IMG/VR virus record: IMGVR_UViG_3300031951_000037
Span: 32,001 to 96,000 of that record
DNA from: a virus
DNA: 64,000 bases
Strand: one strand, 5' to 3'
This document shows positions 17,101 through 29,500 of the stretch, piece by piece (positions within the stretch are counted from its first letter, which is position 1; the number at the start of each line of letters is the position of its first letter). Under the pieces are notes generated by a model. That model was not told where the DNA came from. It searched no databases and was given only the letters and a program-made list of their open reading frames with translations. The translations under genes were made by a program, and so were the position numbers.

Positions 17101-17528
17101 ATCAAGTGCAAAACTATAAAATGTTGTCGGATTCCGTAATATTAAATAGTGTTGAGTTCAAGCCATTGTTTGGACCTAAAGCTGACCCAGCGTTGCAAGC
17201 AACGATCAAAGTAGTAAAGGTAAGTAAAGTTAATGCTAGTGACAGTGAAATTAGAAGTGCAGTGTTGGCTGCAATGAACAATTATTTCAACATTAATAAT
17301 TGGGACTTTGGTGACACATTCTATTTCTCAGAGCTTAGCGCATATCTACATGCTGAATGCGGAGACCTGATCAGTTCCGCAGTGTTAGTACCAAATGATC
17401 CTACCATGAGTTTTGGAGACTTATATGAAATAAAGTGCAGACCATATGAAATCTTTGTCAACGCTGCTACAGCAAATGATGTATTAGTTGTACCGGCACT
17501 CACTCCCGATGAATTACAAATAAGATAA
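14160..17528 (+). CDS. gp6: Baseplate wedge gp6-like
   Basis: 1122 aa; DYETLRKAFIDYL...FNDYVESSEFVALLDVIAF...ENFIDTAERRDSVVKLA and ESIAEIKQRAPTRYYTQNRMVNGEDY are gp6/gpJ-family motifs. Confidence 0.85.
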   Translation: MATSSRQSALFGLNDWKTIYQTFNQADFRSYDYETLRKAFIDYLQVYYPETFNDYVESSEFVALLDVIAFMGQGLAFRNDLNARENFIDTAERRDSVVKLANLVSYTPKRNIAGQGYLKVTSISTTQNITDINGLNLSNVPVLWNDPANPNWLEQFNTIINAALINTQRIGRPGNVSEISGITTNEYSIQIAPNALPIVPFNATVNNTNMNFELCSVTSIDEDYVYEIPPAPSGRFNMLYRNDKLGFGSPDTGFFFYFKQGSLQTFDFALQQQIANQTINIDIQGINNTDTWLYKINQDRSRDLWRKVENVYADAYLQNESSARQIFSVSSRFNDQVTYVFGDGVFSEIPVGNFRAYVRAGNALTYTIYPTDMNGLSVAFTYISRLGRAETLTLGLSLTQTVTTAQARESIAEIKQRAPTRYYTQNRMVNGEDYNNFPYTLYSSIIKSKAINRSSIGVSKNLDLLDPTGKYSSTNSFGSDGALYQDDTDGFLNLTINNTSDIIAFFTNTLASVLSLNRASQYYIQNYPRYDVNTSTGDGVVYWKTSSVDTSSESGYVYNVSGSLETPINVGTFNTNNLKYLTTGAIVKFNAPAGFYFDSDNRLKAGIPGPSDSTFIWTTILNVVGDGSNNGEGSFANGSGPIVVSGYVPDGVVLTQIIPVFGNNIPASVIQECLIRMELNQDFTLVFDNSLMINQNRWSIKKFTDPNWFVKFTSVGLNRYSITYRSLTYYFASVADTRFTFAKNELVYDPFSGKIIQDFINVLGINALPNNTTPLGKDTKVNILGQTVESDGYVNDFQVEVAATDVNNRQLILNPDFFNEITGYVSGGSNIGIYTFFETVQDPINLTRQYLIPTSSVMSQYPTQTQIELVKYDYPLGQLFYAYGENKFYKTVQDQTVTVPFYYLVEQLQYSVKPGRQGLSYQYRHNSNNTNRIDPVTTNIIDLYVVTQSYYTAYQNYIVDSTNTIPEPNRPTLTELTQEYNQVQNYKMLSDSVILNSVEFKPLFGPKADPALQATIKVVKVSKVNASDSEIRSAVLAAMNNYFNINNWDFGDTFYFSELSAYLHAECGDLISSAVLVPNDPTMSFGDLYEIKCRPYEIFVNAATANDVLVVPALTPDELQIR

Positions 17529-17531
17529 GTA
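17524..17531 (+). promoter_or_regulatory. Late promoter variant (GATAAGTA) directly before the mega-gene
   Basis: One mismatch to GATAAATA; ends 5 nt before the ATG at 17537. Confidence 0.45.
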
Positions 17532-17536
17532 GATAC

Positions 17537-20500
17537 ATGGCTAGAGTAAGAACATTAAATTTCCTTCCGGAAATATTTCAGACCCCCACTAACGCTGAAT
17601 TTTTAGCAGCGACCCTGGACCAAATTGTTAGTAATCCAGTAACAGCTAAAGTTCAAGGCTATGTTGGTAGTAGATTTGGACCGGGTATAAATGCGCTTGA
17701 TTATTATGTCACCGAGCCTACCAAAGTTCGCACAGACTATCAATTAGAACCCGGGGTAGTATTCACTAAGCCTGGTGAAAGCGTTGCACGAGACTTCATT
17801 ACATACCCTGGCATTGTTGACTCACTAAAAATCAGCGGTGCAGTAACTAATAATAATGATCGTTTGTTCCAAAGCCAGTTCTATTCATGGGATAGCTTTA
17901 CGAATCTAGACAAGCTTGTGAACTATCACGAGTACTACTGGATTCCAGCCGGTCCTCCTGCTGTTACAGTTTCTAACTCAGTAGTCTTTACAAACGAAGA
18001 TTATCTAGTAACTGATTTTGCTAATAATTACGAAATCTCAGAAGTAGGTTCTCAGATTGATTTAGGATCAAACCCAACACTATCTCTATTGCGTGGCGGC
18101 ACGTACACGTTTACGGTAAATCAAGATAGTCAGTTTTGGATTCAGACTGAACCTGGCACTAGCGGCTTTGAAGCAACTCAGCCCAATATTCCTACTAGAG
18201 AAGTGTTTGGTGTTTCAAACAACGGCGAGAATAATGGCACAGTAACGTTTGTTGTACCACAAAAGAATGCACAAGATCAATATATTTTCCCCGGCAACAA
18301 TGTTGTTGACGTAGTTTCTACATTACCATTCAGTCAGGTAAATGGTCAAAGACTCTATACTATCACTGATCCTGCAACCGGAATCACCTATCCCGGATTA
18401 CAAGAAATTGATGGTGTATCTGGGTTAAATGGATTGCGTGTAATGTTTTACGACACTGGCGCAGTCGATGAAATTGGATATATCTCATCTTACTATGATG
18501 AAACATTCTATGACGTAAACGATCCATTCTTTACTAACCCTGCAACAGTAGTTGTTGCTAGCACTAGCGCAGTCAATAATGCATTGACCGTAGATACAGG
18601 ATATTCAACTGGACCATTAATATTAAATCAGACTATTACAATTTCTGGGACTCCGATGGGAGGTCTTGTACCGGGTCAGGTATATTTTGTTAAAGAAATC
18701 TTGAGTTCAACAGAGTTTACTGTTTCAGAAAGCATTGAGGGTGCGACTGTAACATTGTCCACTCAGAGTGGCGTAGACATGGTCGTGAATATCAATCAGG
18801 GTCAGTTTGAGCAGGGCTTCTATTCTACAGTAAACGAGAACTTCTATAGAATTCAATTAGTAGGAGATCCTAACAATCCTGTACTAAGATTAATTCCAGA
18901 TGGATCTATCCCTAACAATCAAAACATCGTTCCTCAGTTTGGTGTTCAGTGGATTAATCGTCCATTCTATCGCAATACACTGGGAGTAATCTCACTAGTA
19001 CCTCAGATTACAGCGCCGAAAGATATTCTATACTATCAAGATGGTTCTAACCCCAACAAAGTTGGCATCTTGAAAATTATTGAAAATAATGGTAAAGATT
19101 ATCTAGATGTTGATACGGAAATTTTAGGTAAGATTAACTATACTTCTCCAAATGGTGTTGCATTTACAAATGGCTTAAAAGTTAGCTTTGACGGAAACGT
19201 GTTTCCTGTTAGCTATCGCCGCGGCGAATACTACGTAGAAGGTGTTGGCACCGGAATTGAATTAATTTCCGTAGAAGATTTAATTTGCCCTGAAGGATTT
19301 ACTATTGGTGACTATATACCTTGGGATTCTTTGGGCTTTGATATCGGTAACTATGACATTAATTTATTCTTGCCTATTGAACAAGATTATATCACTATTG
19401 CTAGAAACAGCATAAGCAGAAATGCATGGTCTAGAAGCAATCGTTGGTTCCATATTGATGTTATTAACGCTACTGCAAGCTATAATAAAAATCCTGCAAT
19501 ATTAACAGAGTTTGCAACACAGGAAAATAAAGCTAAAAGACCTATCATTGAGTTTTATCCAAACCTAAGATTGTATAACGGTGGCTCAGTAGGTAAAAGA
19601 GCAGTAGATTTCTTTGACACTAGAGAACCAGATGCACTCACTAACGTTGCTGGACTATACAATTATTATCCCGACGTTGAGACGTATACTACAAACACTG
19701 CGGTAGTTGCTCCTACCCCGACAACAATTGTTGCAGTAAGTGCAATGCTTGCCGGCGAGACTTATGTAGTTGACACTGCATTTGGCACTTTGCAGCCTGT
19801 TTGGAATACGCTTGCTGGCACTGAGGGCGTTACCTATGTTGACGGTGACGTAATTACTTGCCAGGTAGACGGCAGCACAATTGCTGTTCCTGGCACCGGT
19901 CTAGCAAGACTGTTGTATGATCAAACAACGATTGTTGTGCCACTAGACGAAGTTACCGGAACGTTCCAAATCGGGATGTACACTGGCGACACACTAAATC
20001 TAGTTCCCGTAAATTCACAAATTATTAACCTTTCAGATGACGGTACGGATCTAACAATAACAGTTAACTGGCCATATCCTCAGGATCTAGTAGGCGGAAC
20101 AACTAGCATCGTTGGCACTGATACTACAGCTAGCAACTACGCAGTATTCCCTGGTGCAAGAATCATTTTTGCAAATGATACGGATGCCGAAACAAGCACT
20201 ACCATTTATGTAGTAGATATCGTAGAATTAGCACCTGGTCAAGAACCGGAAATCGTATTAACTAGAGCAGAAGACGCTACCATTGAGATTGATGAGCAAA
20301 CTGCAATTTCTAGAGGATATAATTATCAGGGCAAGACATTCTATTATGATGGAATTGAATGGCTAGAAGCTCAGCAAAAAGTTACGGTAAATCAAGCTCC
20401 GTTATTTGATGTGTTTGATGACAACGGCATTTCTTTTGGCAACCCAGAAATCTATAACAGTACAACATTTAAGGGAAGCACAATATTTTCATACGGTATT

Positions 20501-23500
20501 AATCCATTAACCGTTGACGATCCTATTTTAGGCTTCCCAGTGCGCTTTAGCGACATTGGCAATATCGGTGACATTAGCTTTGACGTAACTCTTAACTCAG
20601 ATACATTTGACTATGTGCGTGGTTTTGAGTCTATCACTCAAAAAGTAAACACCGGTTATGTTCACAACACTACTACACGTACAGAATATCAGAGAGAGTT
20701 GGGTTGGCAAACAGCAGTTGCTCCTAGCACGCAGTATCAGATATTCAATTTCAATTATCAAATTGAAAACCCTACATTAGTTTATACGTGCGATGTTCAA
20801 GCATTGCCTGACTTATTACCAGACGAGCAGGGCTGGACTAGTGTTCAGGTATACTACAACAATGTTTATCAAGAGCCTAGCAATTATACAATAACCCGCT
20901 ACGACAATGCAACTAGTATTACATTGATCAATCCGCCCGAAGAAACTACGGTAGTACAAGTTTTGGTATTGAGTGATCAAGTAAGCAACAATGCTTACTA
21001 CATGACACCTATCAATCTAAACAACAACCCATTCAATGAAGACTTGACAGTTGCAGATTTAGGTGATATCAGAAATCAATACCAAGACATATTTGTAAAC
21101 GCACCCGGCACGACCGGCAATATCTTTGGTGTAAACAACTTTAGAGATTTAGGCAATCTAGTTCCATATGGAACTAAGATCATTCAAAACAGTGCAAGTC
21201 TTGCAATACCCGGTGCATTCCTGCGTAAGTCTAATCACGACTTGTTAAACGCATTGTTGTTCAACAGCCGCGAATACGTAAAGTATAAGCAATTGCTTGT
21301 AGATACTGTGCAAAATACTGATTATGTACAACGTTATACTCCTGCTGACATTCTAGACGATGCAATTGAGCAAATTTCTGCTAGCAGAAGTGAAACCAGC
21401 GCATTCTTCTGGTCAGACATGTTGCCTAACAAGAGTCCATTCAGAGTCAACACTTACAAGTTTAACAGTAACAATGATGTAACTAGATATCCATTGAGTC
21501 AAGTTTATAACTTTGAATCAGCAAATTATAATGGCGTACTAGTTTATCTTAACCGCACCGTTGACAACAACTTAGTGCAGAAGCAATTACTAAGAAATGT
21601 TGACTATACAATTAGCACTGATAGTCCCACATTAACTATCACATTAGATTTGGTACCTGGTGACAGCGTTGTAATTAAAGAATACAATCAGACGTACGGT
21701 TCATATGTTCCTTATACTCCAAGTAAGTTGGGGCTATATGCACTACACCAGCCTCAGGTAGTATTGGACAGCGACTATACTGTTCCAACATACTTCATTA
21801 AAGGTCACGATGGATCATATACGAAGTTGTATGGTGACTATATTCCTGAGCTAGATGTTCTTATTGACTTCAGAGACCAAGCATTGCTTGAGTTTGAAAA
21901 GAGAATCTACAATAACGTAAAACTAAGCACCGAAGTTCCTATCAAGTTCTATGATGTACTTCCCGGCTTCTTTAGAAATAGTGACTATAGCTACGATGAA
22001 TGGCTACAGATGTATTCTGTAAACTTCTTGAATTGGATTGGTCAGAACAGATTAGACTACAAGACTCAGTTCTATAACAGAAACAACGAATTCACATACA
22101 ACTATACCAACGCACAAAACAAGTTGGATGGCTCCCCTATTAAGCAGGGATATTGGAGAGGTCTATACGAATATCTATATGATACTACTACTCCTAACTT
22201 GACCCCTTGGGAAATGCTAGGGTTTGCTGATAAGCCTACGTGGTGGGAAGATCGTTATGGGCCGGCCCCATACACAAGCGACAACCTAGTATTGTGGGGA
22301 GACGTTGAAGCAGGTATCGTGTATTCAGAAGATGGCACGTTCACTGTTGTTCCTGAATTAGCAAGACCGGGAATCACTAATATCATTCCTGTTGACACAG
22401 CAGGTAATTTGCTCAGCCCATTATTCTCTGTTGTCGGTACTTATAATCCTAGCACTTTCCAGAAAGATTGGAGAGTTGGTGATGATGGTCCCGTTGAATT
22501 AAGCTATCGTCGTAGCTCAACATATCCGTTTGACGTAATAAAATTATTCGCATTAACCCGCCCGGCGGAGTTTTACAACTTAGCAGTTGACCTAGACAAC
22601 TACAAATTTAATGCCGAATTCAATCAGTATTTGGTAAACAATAGAACCCATTTGATTCCTAGCGACATTGAAGTGTATGGTAACGGCACTGCTAAAACTT
22701 CCTACATCAACTGGATTGTTGACTATGAAAAGCAATTAGGCATTGACTCAACCGCTAACATCACTAGCTTGCTTGATAACCTAGACGTTAGATTGATCTA
22801 TCGTTTGGCAGGATACAGTGACAAGACAATGCTTAAGTTCTATGTTGAGAAGGGTTCTCCCAATAGCAACAATGCAGCGTTATTAATTCCTGACGAGAGC
22901 TATTCAGTATTACTATATGACAACCAGCCATTTGACAAAATAACATTTTCTAGTGTTATTGTTCAACAAGATGTTGACGGCTATAAAGTATTTGGTAACT
23001 CTCAGAACATTGCTTACTTTACGACATACGCCCCGCTTAATAATGGCAATTACGAAGATATTACTGTAATCAACCAAAGAGTTAAAGTAAACAAAGATCA
23101 TTCAACTCAAGAAGTATTAGTTCCATATGGAACTAAGTTCTATAGCGCCCAAGAAGTAGCTCAGTTTATTATGAGCTATGCTGCATACCTAAATGATAAG
23201 GGTATGATTTTTGATAAGATTGAATCTGGCGTAGAGATTAACTGGAATCTTATGGTACAAGAGTTCTTGTACTGGACGCAAACTGGCTGGGATGTAGGTA
23301 GCATCATTACATTGAACCCATCCGCAACAGATTTAAATGTCAATAGAGACGGATACATTGTACAGCCACTGACATTGCAGCAGCAAAACTTCATTCTTAA
23401 TCAGGATCTATATCCGATTCAGCTTAACAACCTATGCGTAAATCGTGATGGGACTTCATTCAGAGTACACACATTGAACGAAGGTGATTCAATGTCTTAT

Positions 23501-26500
23501 GCTCAGTTCAATGTCAGCAACTTTGAGCATGGTATTGTGTTTGATAACACTACCTTGTTCAATGACGTTATCTACAACCTAACAACTGGTCTAAGACAGA
23601 ATAGAATTACTTTGCGCGGTATGAAGACCGCAGAGTGGAACGGTACAGTAGATACTTGGGGCTTTATTCTAAATCAAGACAACGTTCAAGAATGGGCCCG
23701 TGATATCAAGTATCCTAAGGGAATCATTGTAAAGTATAAGAACAAGTATTGGACTGCATTGAGACTCGTAGAACCATCAGCAGTATTCAATGAGCTTGAT
23801 TGGAAATTGGTAGACTACCAAGATATTCAAAAGGGACTGTTGCCAAATAGTGCAACCCGTTCATATGAAAGCACACTGTACTATAACTGCAACGAAACTA
23901 ATCTTGAACAAGATGCAGACTTGTTGTCCTTCTCATTGATTGGTTATCGTCCCCGTGATTACCTTGCTCTTGCAGACTTGACAGATGTAACGCAGATCAA
24001 CGTCTACAAGAACATGATTAAGAACAAGGGTACACGCAATGCTACTCAGGCATTTGATGGTGTAAATCTGCCGCAGGGCGGAATCCAGTACAACGTTTAT
24101 GAAAACTGGGCTATCAAGAACGGCGAATATGGCGGAGTACTAAATGATAACTTTGTTGAGTTCAGACTTGATCAAAGCGTATTGACCGGCAACCCGAGCA
24201 TTGTGTCACTTAATAACGGTGTGTATACTCCAGGGGCAATGCAGGAAGTTTCATTGTACGACCTATTCAATTATGGCGATAATGTTACCGATCCTAACAT
24301 ACTAGCCACTGTCAATACCGAAGCAACTGACATTACATATCCTAGCGCAGGTTATGCAAACTTTGATGACGTAAAAATGTCATCATTCTACTATGCAGGA
24401 TTGCCAAACGCCGTTGATAAGTCAGGTAAGGTAATCCCAATACAGAATTTCTATGTAAGAGACTACTTCTGGTTAGCAAACTTTAAAGAAAAGTGGGGCA
24501 TCTATACTTGGAATCCAATCGGACAGGTGGTTGCTGCAATCGGTAATGTAAACGGAACCACCACAATCCGATTCTCACAACCGCACAATTTAAAGAAATT
24601 AGATCCTATTGCGATTGTTAATTTCTCAACAACCGTTGATGGTTACTATTTGGTTTCCGATATCATTAACCTCAATGAAGTAATAATCAATTTAAATCTG
24701 CCAAATCTCAACAGCGGCAATGTATTGCAGGGACTTGGTGTAGGTTTGTTAGTAACTAATCAAAGAGTGAACAAGCCATCTGACATTGAATCTTTATCAC
24801 TGTTAGAAGCAGAGTTTACTAAGAATACAGTTTGGGTAGACGAGAACACTGATGGTAGCTGGGCAGTATATCGCAAGAATATCAACTATCAAAATACTGG
24901 CGAAATTTATGTTGACAATTCAACAACGTTTGGTTCAAGCGTAGCCTATACTGATATTGTGGGATACTTGATCGGTGATCCTGGCGCAGGCAAAGTACAC
25001 AGATTCTATTACAACGAGTCTACAAACGAGTATGATTTGGCCCAAGTAATTACCAAAACAAGTTCGTTTGGCTCTGCTATTGCACACGCAGGTAACACAT
25101 TTGTAATATCTCAACCCACCGGAACTCCAAAAGTCTTTGTGTATATTTGGAACGACACTACTGCAACTAACAACCTAATTCAGTATCAAGAAATTGCAGC
25201 GCCTGGCGGAGTAACTGATTGGGGAAGTAAGATTGCTATCTCAGGTGATCAGAATTGGATTTATATCTCTGATTATCTTAATACCAATGTATACGTATAC
25301 CGAAAAGATAACACAGAATTTACTGCTGGATATTTCACTGTAGGACAAACTTACACAATTACTAGTGTGGGAACAACTGACTTCACAACAATCGGTGCCC
25401 CGCAGAATAGTGTAGGCATTACATTCGTTGCTACGGGAATTGGTACCGGAACAGGTACTGCAACACGAGTGACATACCAAGAAGCAGCAGTGATTGATGG
25501 AAGTTTGCTAGGATTAACCAATAGTGATGGATTTGGCAAGTCAATCTCAACCAGCTACTATGGGGACAGAATATTCATCGGTGCACCAAACAAAGATCAC
25601 GCAAATGGCACGACCGATAATGGCGAACTATATTTCTATCAACGTTCTGTGCAGAACTTTGAAGCGCAGTATACTACAGTTCCTTACTTACCGCACACAT
25701 TCAATTTAGCATGGACACCCGATACCGCATCCGCAAATGTAACTGCAACAAACGGTACTACTGACAAGATTACCCTTTCTACTGTAAGTGGAATGAGTGT
25801 GAATGATGCCATTGTTTTTGTTGGCAGTGGTCTATCTGGTACAGGAATTGAAGAAAACAAAACCTATTACATTGAATCTATCGTGGGCAGCGATATCACC
25901 ATTAAAACTTCAAGATCATCAACTACTGTATTTGGTATTACTACAGTTGCTTCAGTAACCGGAGCTACTGCTTCAGCACAAACCACTCCGTTGTATGTTA
26001 CTGTCAATGGAACACTAGTCGCTGATAATAACTATGCAGTAAATGGCAGCAATCTAATTTACAGTGGATTCTTAAGAGCCGGCGATATTGTAAATGTCAG
26101 CGGTAATGAGTTCTTCATGGCGCAAGAATTCAATCCAGAAACTAACGATAGAATCAATATTCAGTTTGGCTATGCAGTAGATACTACGCAATCTTCTGGC
26201 GAGTTGTTAATTGGTAGCCCATTTGAAATCAATGAAGAAATCAAAGAAGGCAAGGTATATAGATATACTGATGCAGGCGCAAGATTTGGCATAGTATTTG
26301 GTACAGAAGAATGCAACGTTTTGGGTTCACGTACTATTTTGATTAACGGATTCGCAGTTAATTTAGCAGCGGGCAATGCCGAAGATACAGCTTCAGTAAT
26401 TAATGCGACTCAAGTGCCGAACGTTATTGCTTCTTCAACTAGTGATAACAAGTTAATCATTCAGGTGGCAGACCAGTCATTAGCTCAAATCAACAACAAA

Positions 26501-29500
26501 CTAGTAGTAACTGCGTTTGATGATACGACATTGGCAGAGTTGGGCATACAGTCATATAGCTTTACTCAGATTGTTACTTGCCCGCATCGTGAGGGTCCAA
26601 CTGAATTCGGTAAGTCAATCAAGTTTAACGAATTTGATTCTGTTGTTATCGGTGCCCCGGTTGGTGCTAATTTTGTAGGAACTACCTTTGACTTTACCGA
26701 TGACGAAAATCTAGATAATGACACTGTGTTTGATAATAATGCTACTAGATTTGTAGAGAGCTATGCAAACTCTGGTGCAGTATATATGTTTGATTTACTA
26801 TCAAACTACGAAGGAAATGCATTAAATCCTGGCGCATTTGTATATGCCCAGTCTGTGAACACTTCTACCTTAAACTTTGACTTCAATCCATATTATGGCT
26901 ATGCAGTTGACTTCAATAACAATACTGTTGTTGCAGGTGCGCCCAACATGCAAGGCACATTGATCACCGGCGGTCAAGCAACTGGATTTACTAATGCAAC
27001 TGGTGTCAGAGACTGGACTGAATATAGACAGTCAGCACCCATCGTTGACATTGAAAAAATTGAAAATACACAGATTTTCAGTGCATTGACAAACGATACT
27101 CTTGTAAACCTAGACTACATGGATCCATTACAGGGTAAGTTGTTAGGTGCAGTAAGACAGAACATTGATTATGTTTCTGGATCAGACCCGGCAAAATATA
27201 ATAGCAATAATTCAACCAACGGGTATGTTTGGGGAGCAGAGCAAGTAGGACAGATTTGGTTCAATACTAAATCAGTGCGTTTTGTAAACTATCACCAAAA
27301 CGATGTAGTATACAATAGCGAATATTGGGGCACTTTATTCCCTGGATCAGATGTTGCAGTTTACACTTGGGTAGCTAGCAACAATACTCCTGCTCAATAT
27401 TCTGGTCCGGGTGTTCCTTTTGACGTTACTCAATATTGTGTTGGAAGTACTCTTAATTCTTCTAACATTGTTACGCCGATATATTATTTCTGGGTCAGAA
27501 ACACCAACATCATTGACAAACATCGTGGGAAAACACTATCTGACAATATTATTGCTAGATACATCGCTAACCCAAGAAATTCTGGGATAGCTTATGTTGC
27601 ACCGTTGCTACCTAATACTTTTGCACTGTATAACTCAGAAGAATATTTTGACGGCAACAACTCTATCTTCCATATAGGATATGCAAACGGAACTGGATCA
27701 GATGTTTCACACTCTGAATACACATTAATTCGTGAAAACTATCCAGATGACTTCTTGCCTGGATTGCCTGCTGTAGCCGACGCTCCTACTACACTGCCAT
27801 TCCGAGTACTATACCCAGCAGCAGGCGTAGACGAGCCTAATTCACTATATGCTAGAATGCTAGACAGCTTAAGTGGCACTACAGCGCCCATAACAACACC
27901 CGACGGCACTATTGAAACCGGACAGGTTGTTCCTAATCCGTTCTTACCGAAAGCAGTTCAGTCAGGGGTTCTTGCAAGACCTAGACAGAGCTTCTTCTTT
28001 AATAGATTTACGGCTCTACAGAATTATCTTACCTATGCCAACGAAGTATTAATCCAGTATCCGATAGTAGAATTGAGACCTAACCTGTCATTCATTTTTG
28101 CGCAGGGTGAATTCTTTGATACTGCTAATTATTGGACTTATGTCAACTGGTGGCTACCAGGGTATAACAATAGCACTAGAGCGGCGTTGCAGGTTCCGAT
28201 TTATGCTGATTTGGCAGAATTGCGTGTAGCTCCGGGGACTATTGTTAAAGTAGAACAGAACGGTCAGGGTCTTTTTGAATTTTATAGATATGATGACAAT
28301 GGTGTTTGGTCTAGAATTGGTCTAGAAAACGGAACGATCCAATTCAATAGCTATCTTTGGGATTACGAAGCTGCTAAGCTAGGATACGGTGGTGACTTCT
28401 TTGACACTACGCCGTTTGATATCTATCCAAGTGAAGAAACCAGAAACATTGTTCGTGCATTGAACGAGCAAATTTACACCGGTGATTTACTAGAGCATAG
28501 AAATAAGAGCTTGGTATTACTATTTGAATATATCCAAAGCGAAACCATTGAATCGCAAAATTACTTACCATGGATTAACAAAACTTCATTGATGGATGTG
28601 TTCCACACTGTACGTGAACTAAAACCATACGAAGTGTTCAAGAGTGACAATGTTGCTTTCCTAGAAGGATACATCAATGAAGTCAAGCCTTATCACGTAG
28701 TCATTAAAGAATTCTTAGTAAAGTACACTGGAATTGAAGAATTTACCGGTGATATTACAGACTTTGATGTTCCGGCAACGTATAGCCCAACATATCAAGA
28801 GTATATTAGTCCGCAACTAGTTTATAGTGATCCTAATAATCGCTATGAATATGAATACGGTAATGATATTTGGGCCACTGCACCATACACACAGTGGTAT
28901 CAGAATTATGGATTGTCAATCACTGGCGAACCCAACTACAACATAACTACCCTAAAAACATATATGGATTTGGGAACTAGAACTATGATTGTAGACAACG
29001 CTAGTGGCTTCCCAGTTAACGGTGTAATCAGAATCGGAGACGAATCTATTGCATATAGTTATGTTGACCGCGACTTGAATTTGTTAGGTGGATTGTCAAG
29101 AGGGTTCAATCAAACTGTAGTTGCTCAACATATTCCCGGTGCAAATATCTTTATTGATCTTCCTGCTGTGGTAGTGTTAAACGAGGGTAGCGGCTATACA
29201 GATGTTCCTCAAGTAACAGCGTATATTGATACTGCGATTTATCCGGCACCCAGAAAAGAAGCTATTCTACAGGCAGTAATGAGTGGCGACCGCGTCTCTG
29301 CTGTTAACGTAATTGATCCGGGCGAGGGGTATGCAGTTCTTCCCGAAATCAGAATTTCTACTGCGTATAGCGTACTCTTTAGTGATGCTGATATTAACCC
29401 TGCATTGCACACCATAAATCTATATGCGCCTTCTTTCGTGACCGGCGACTTAGTAAAATTCACTCAGGGTTCAAACGGCGGCAAACCAAACTTCTTAGTT

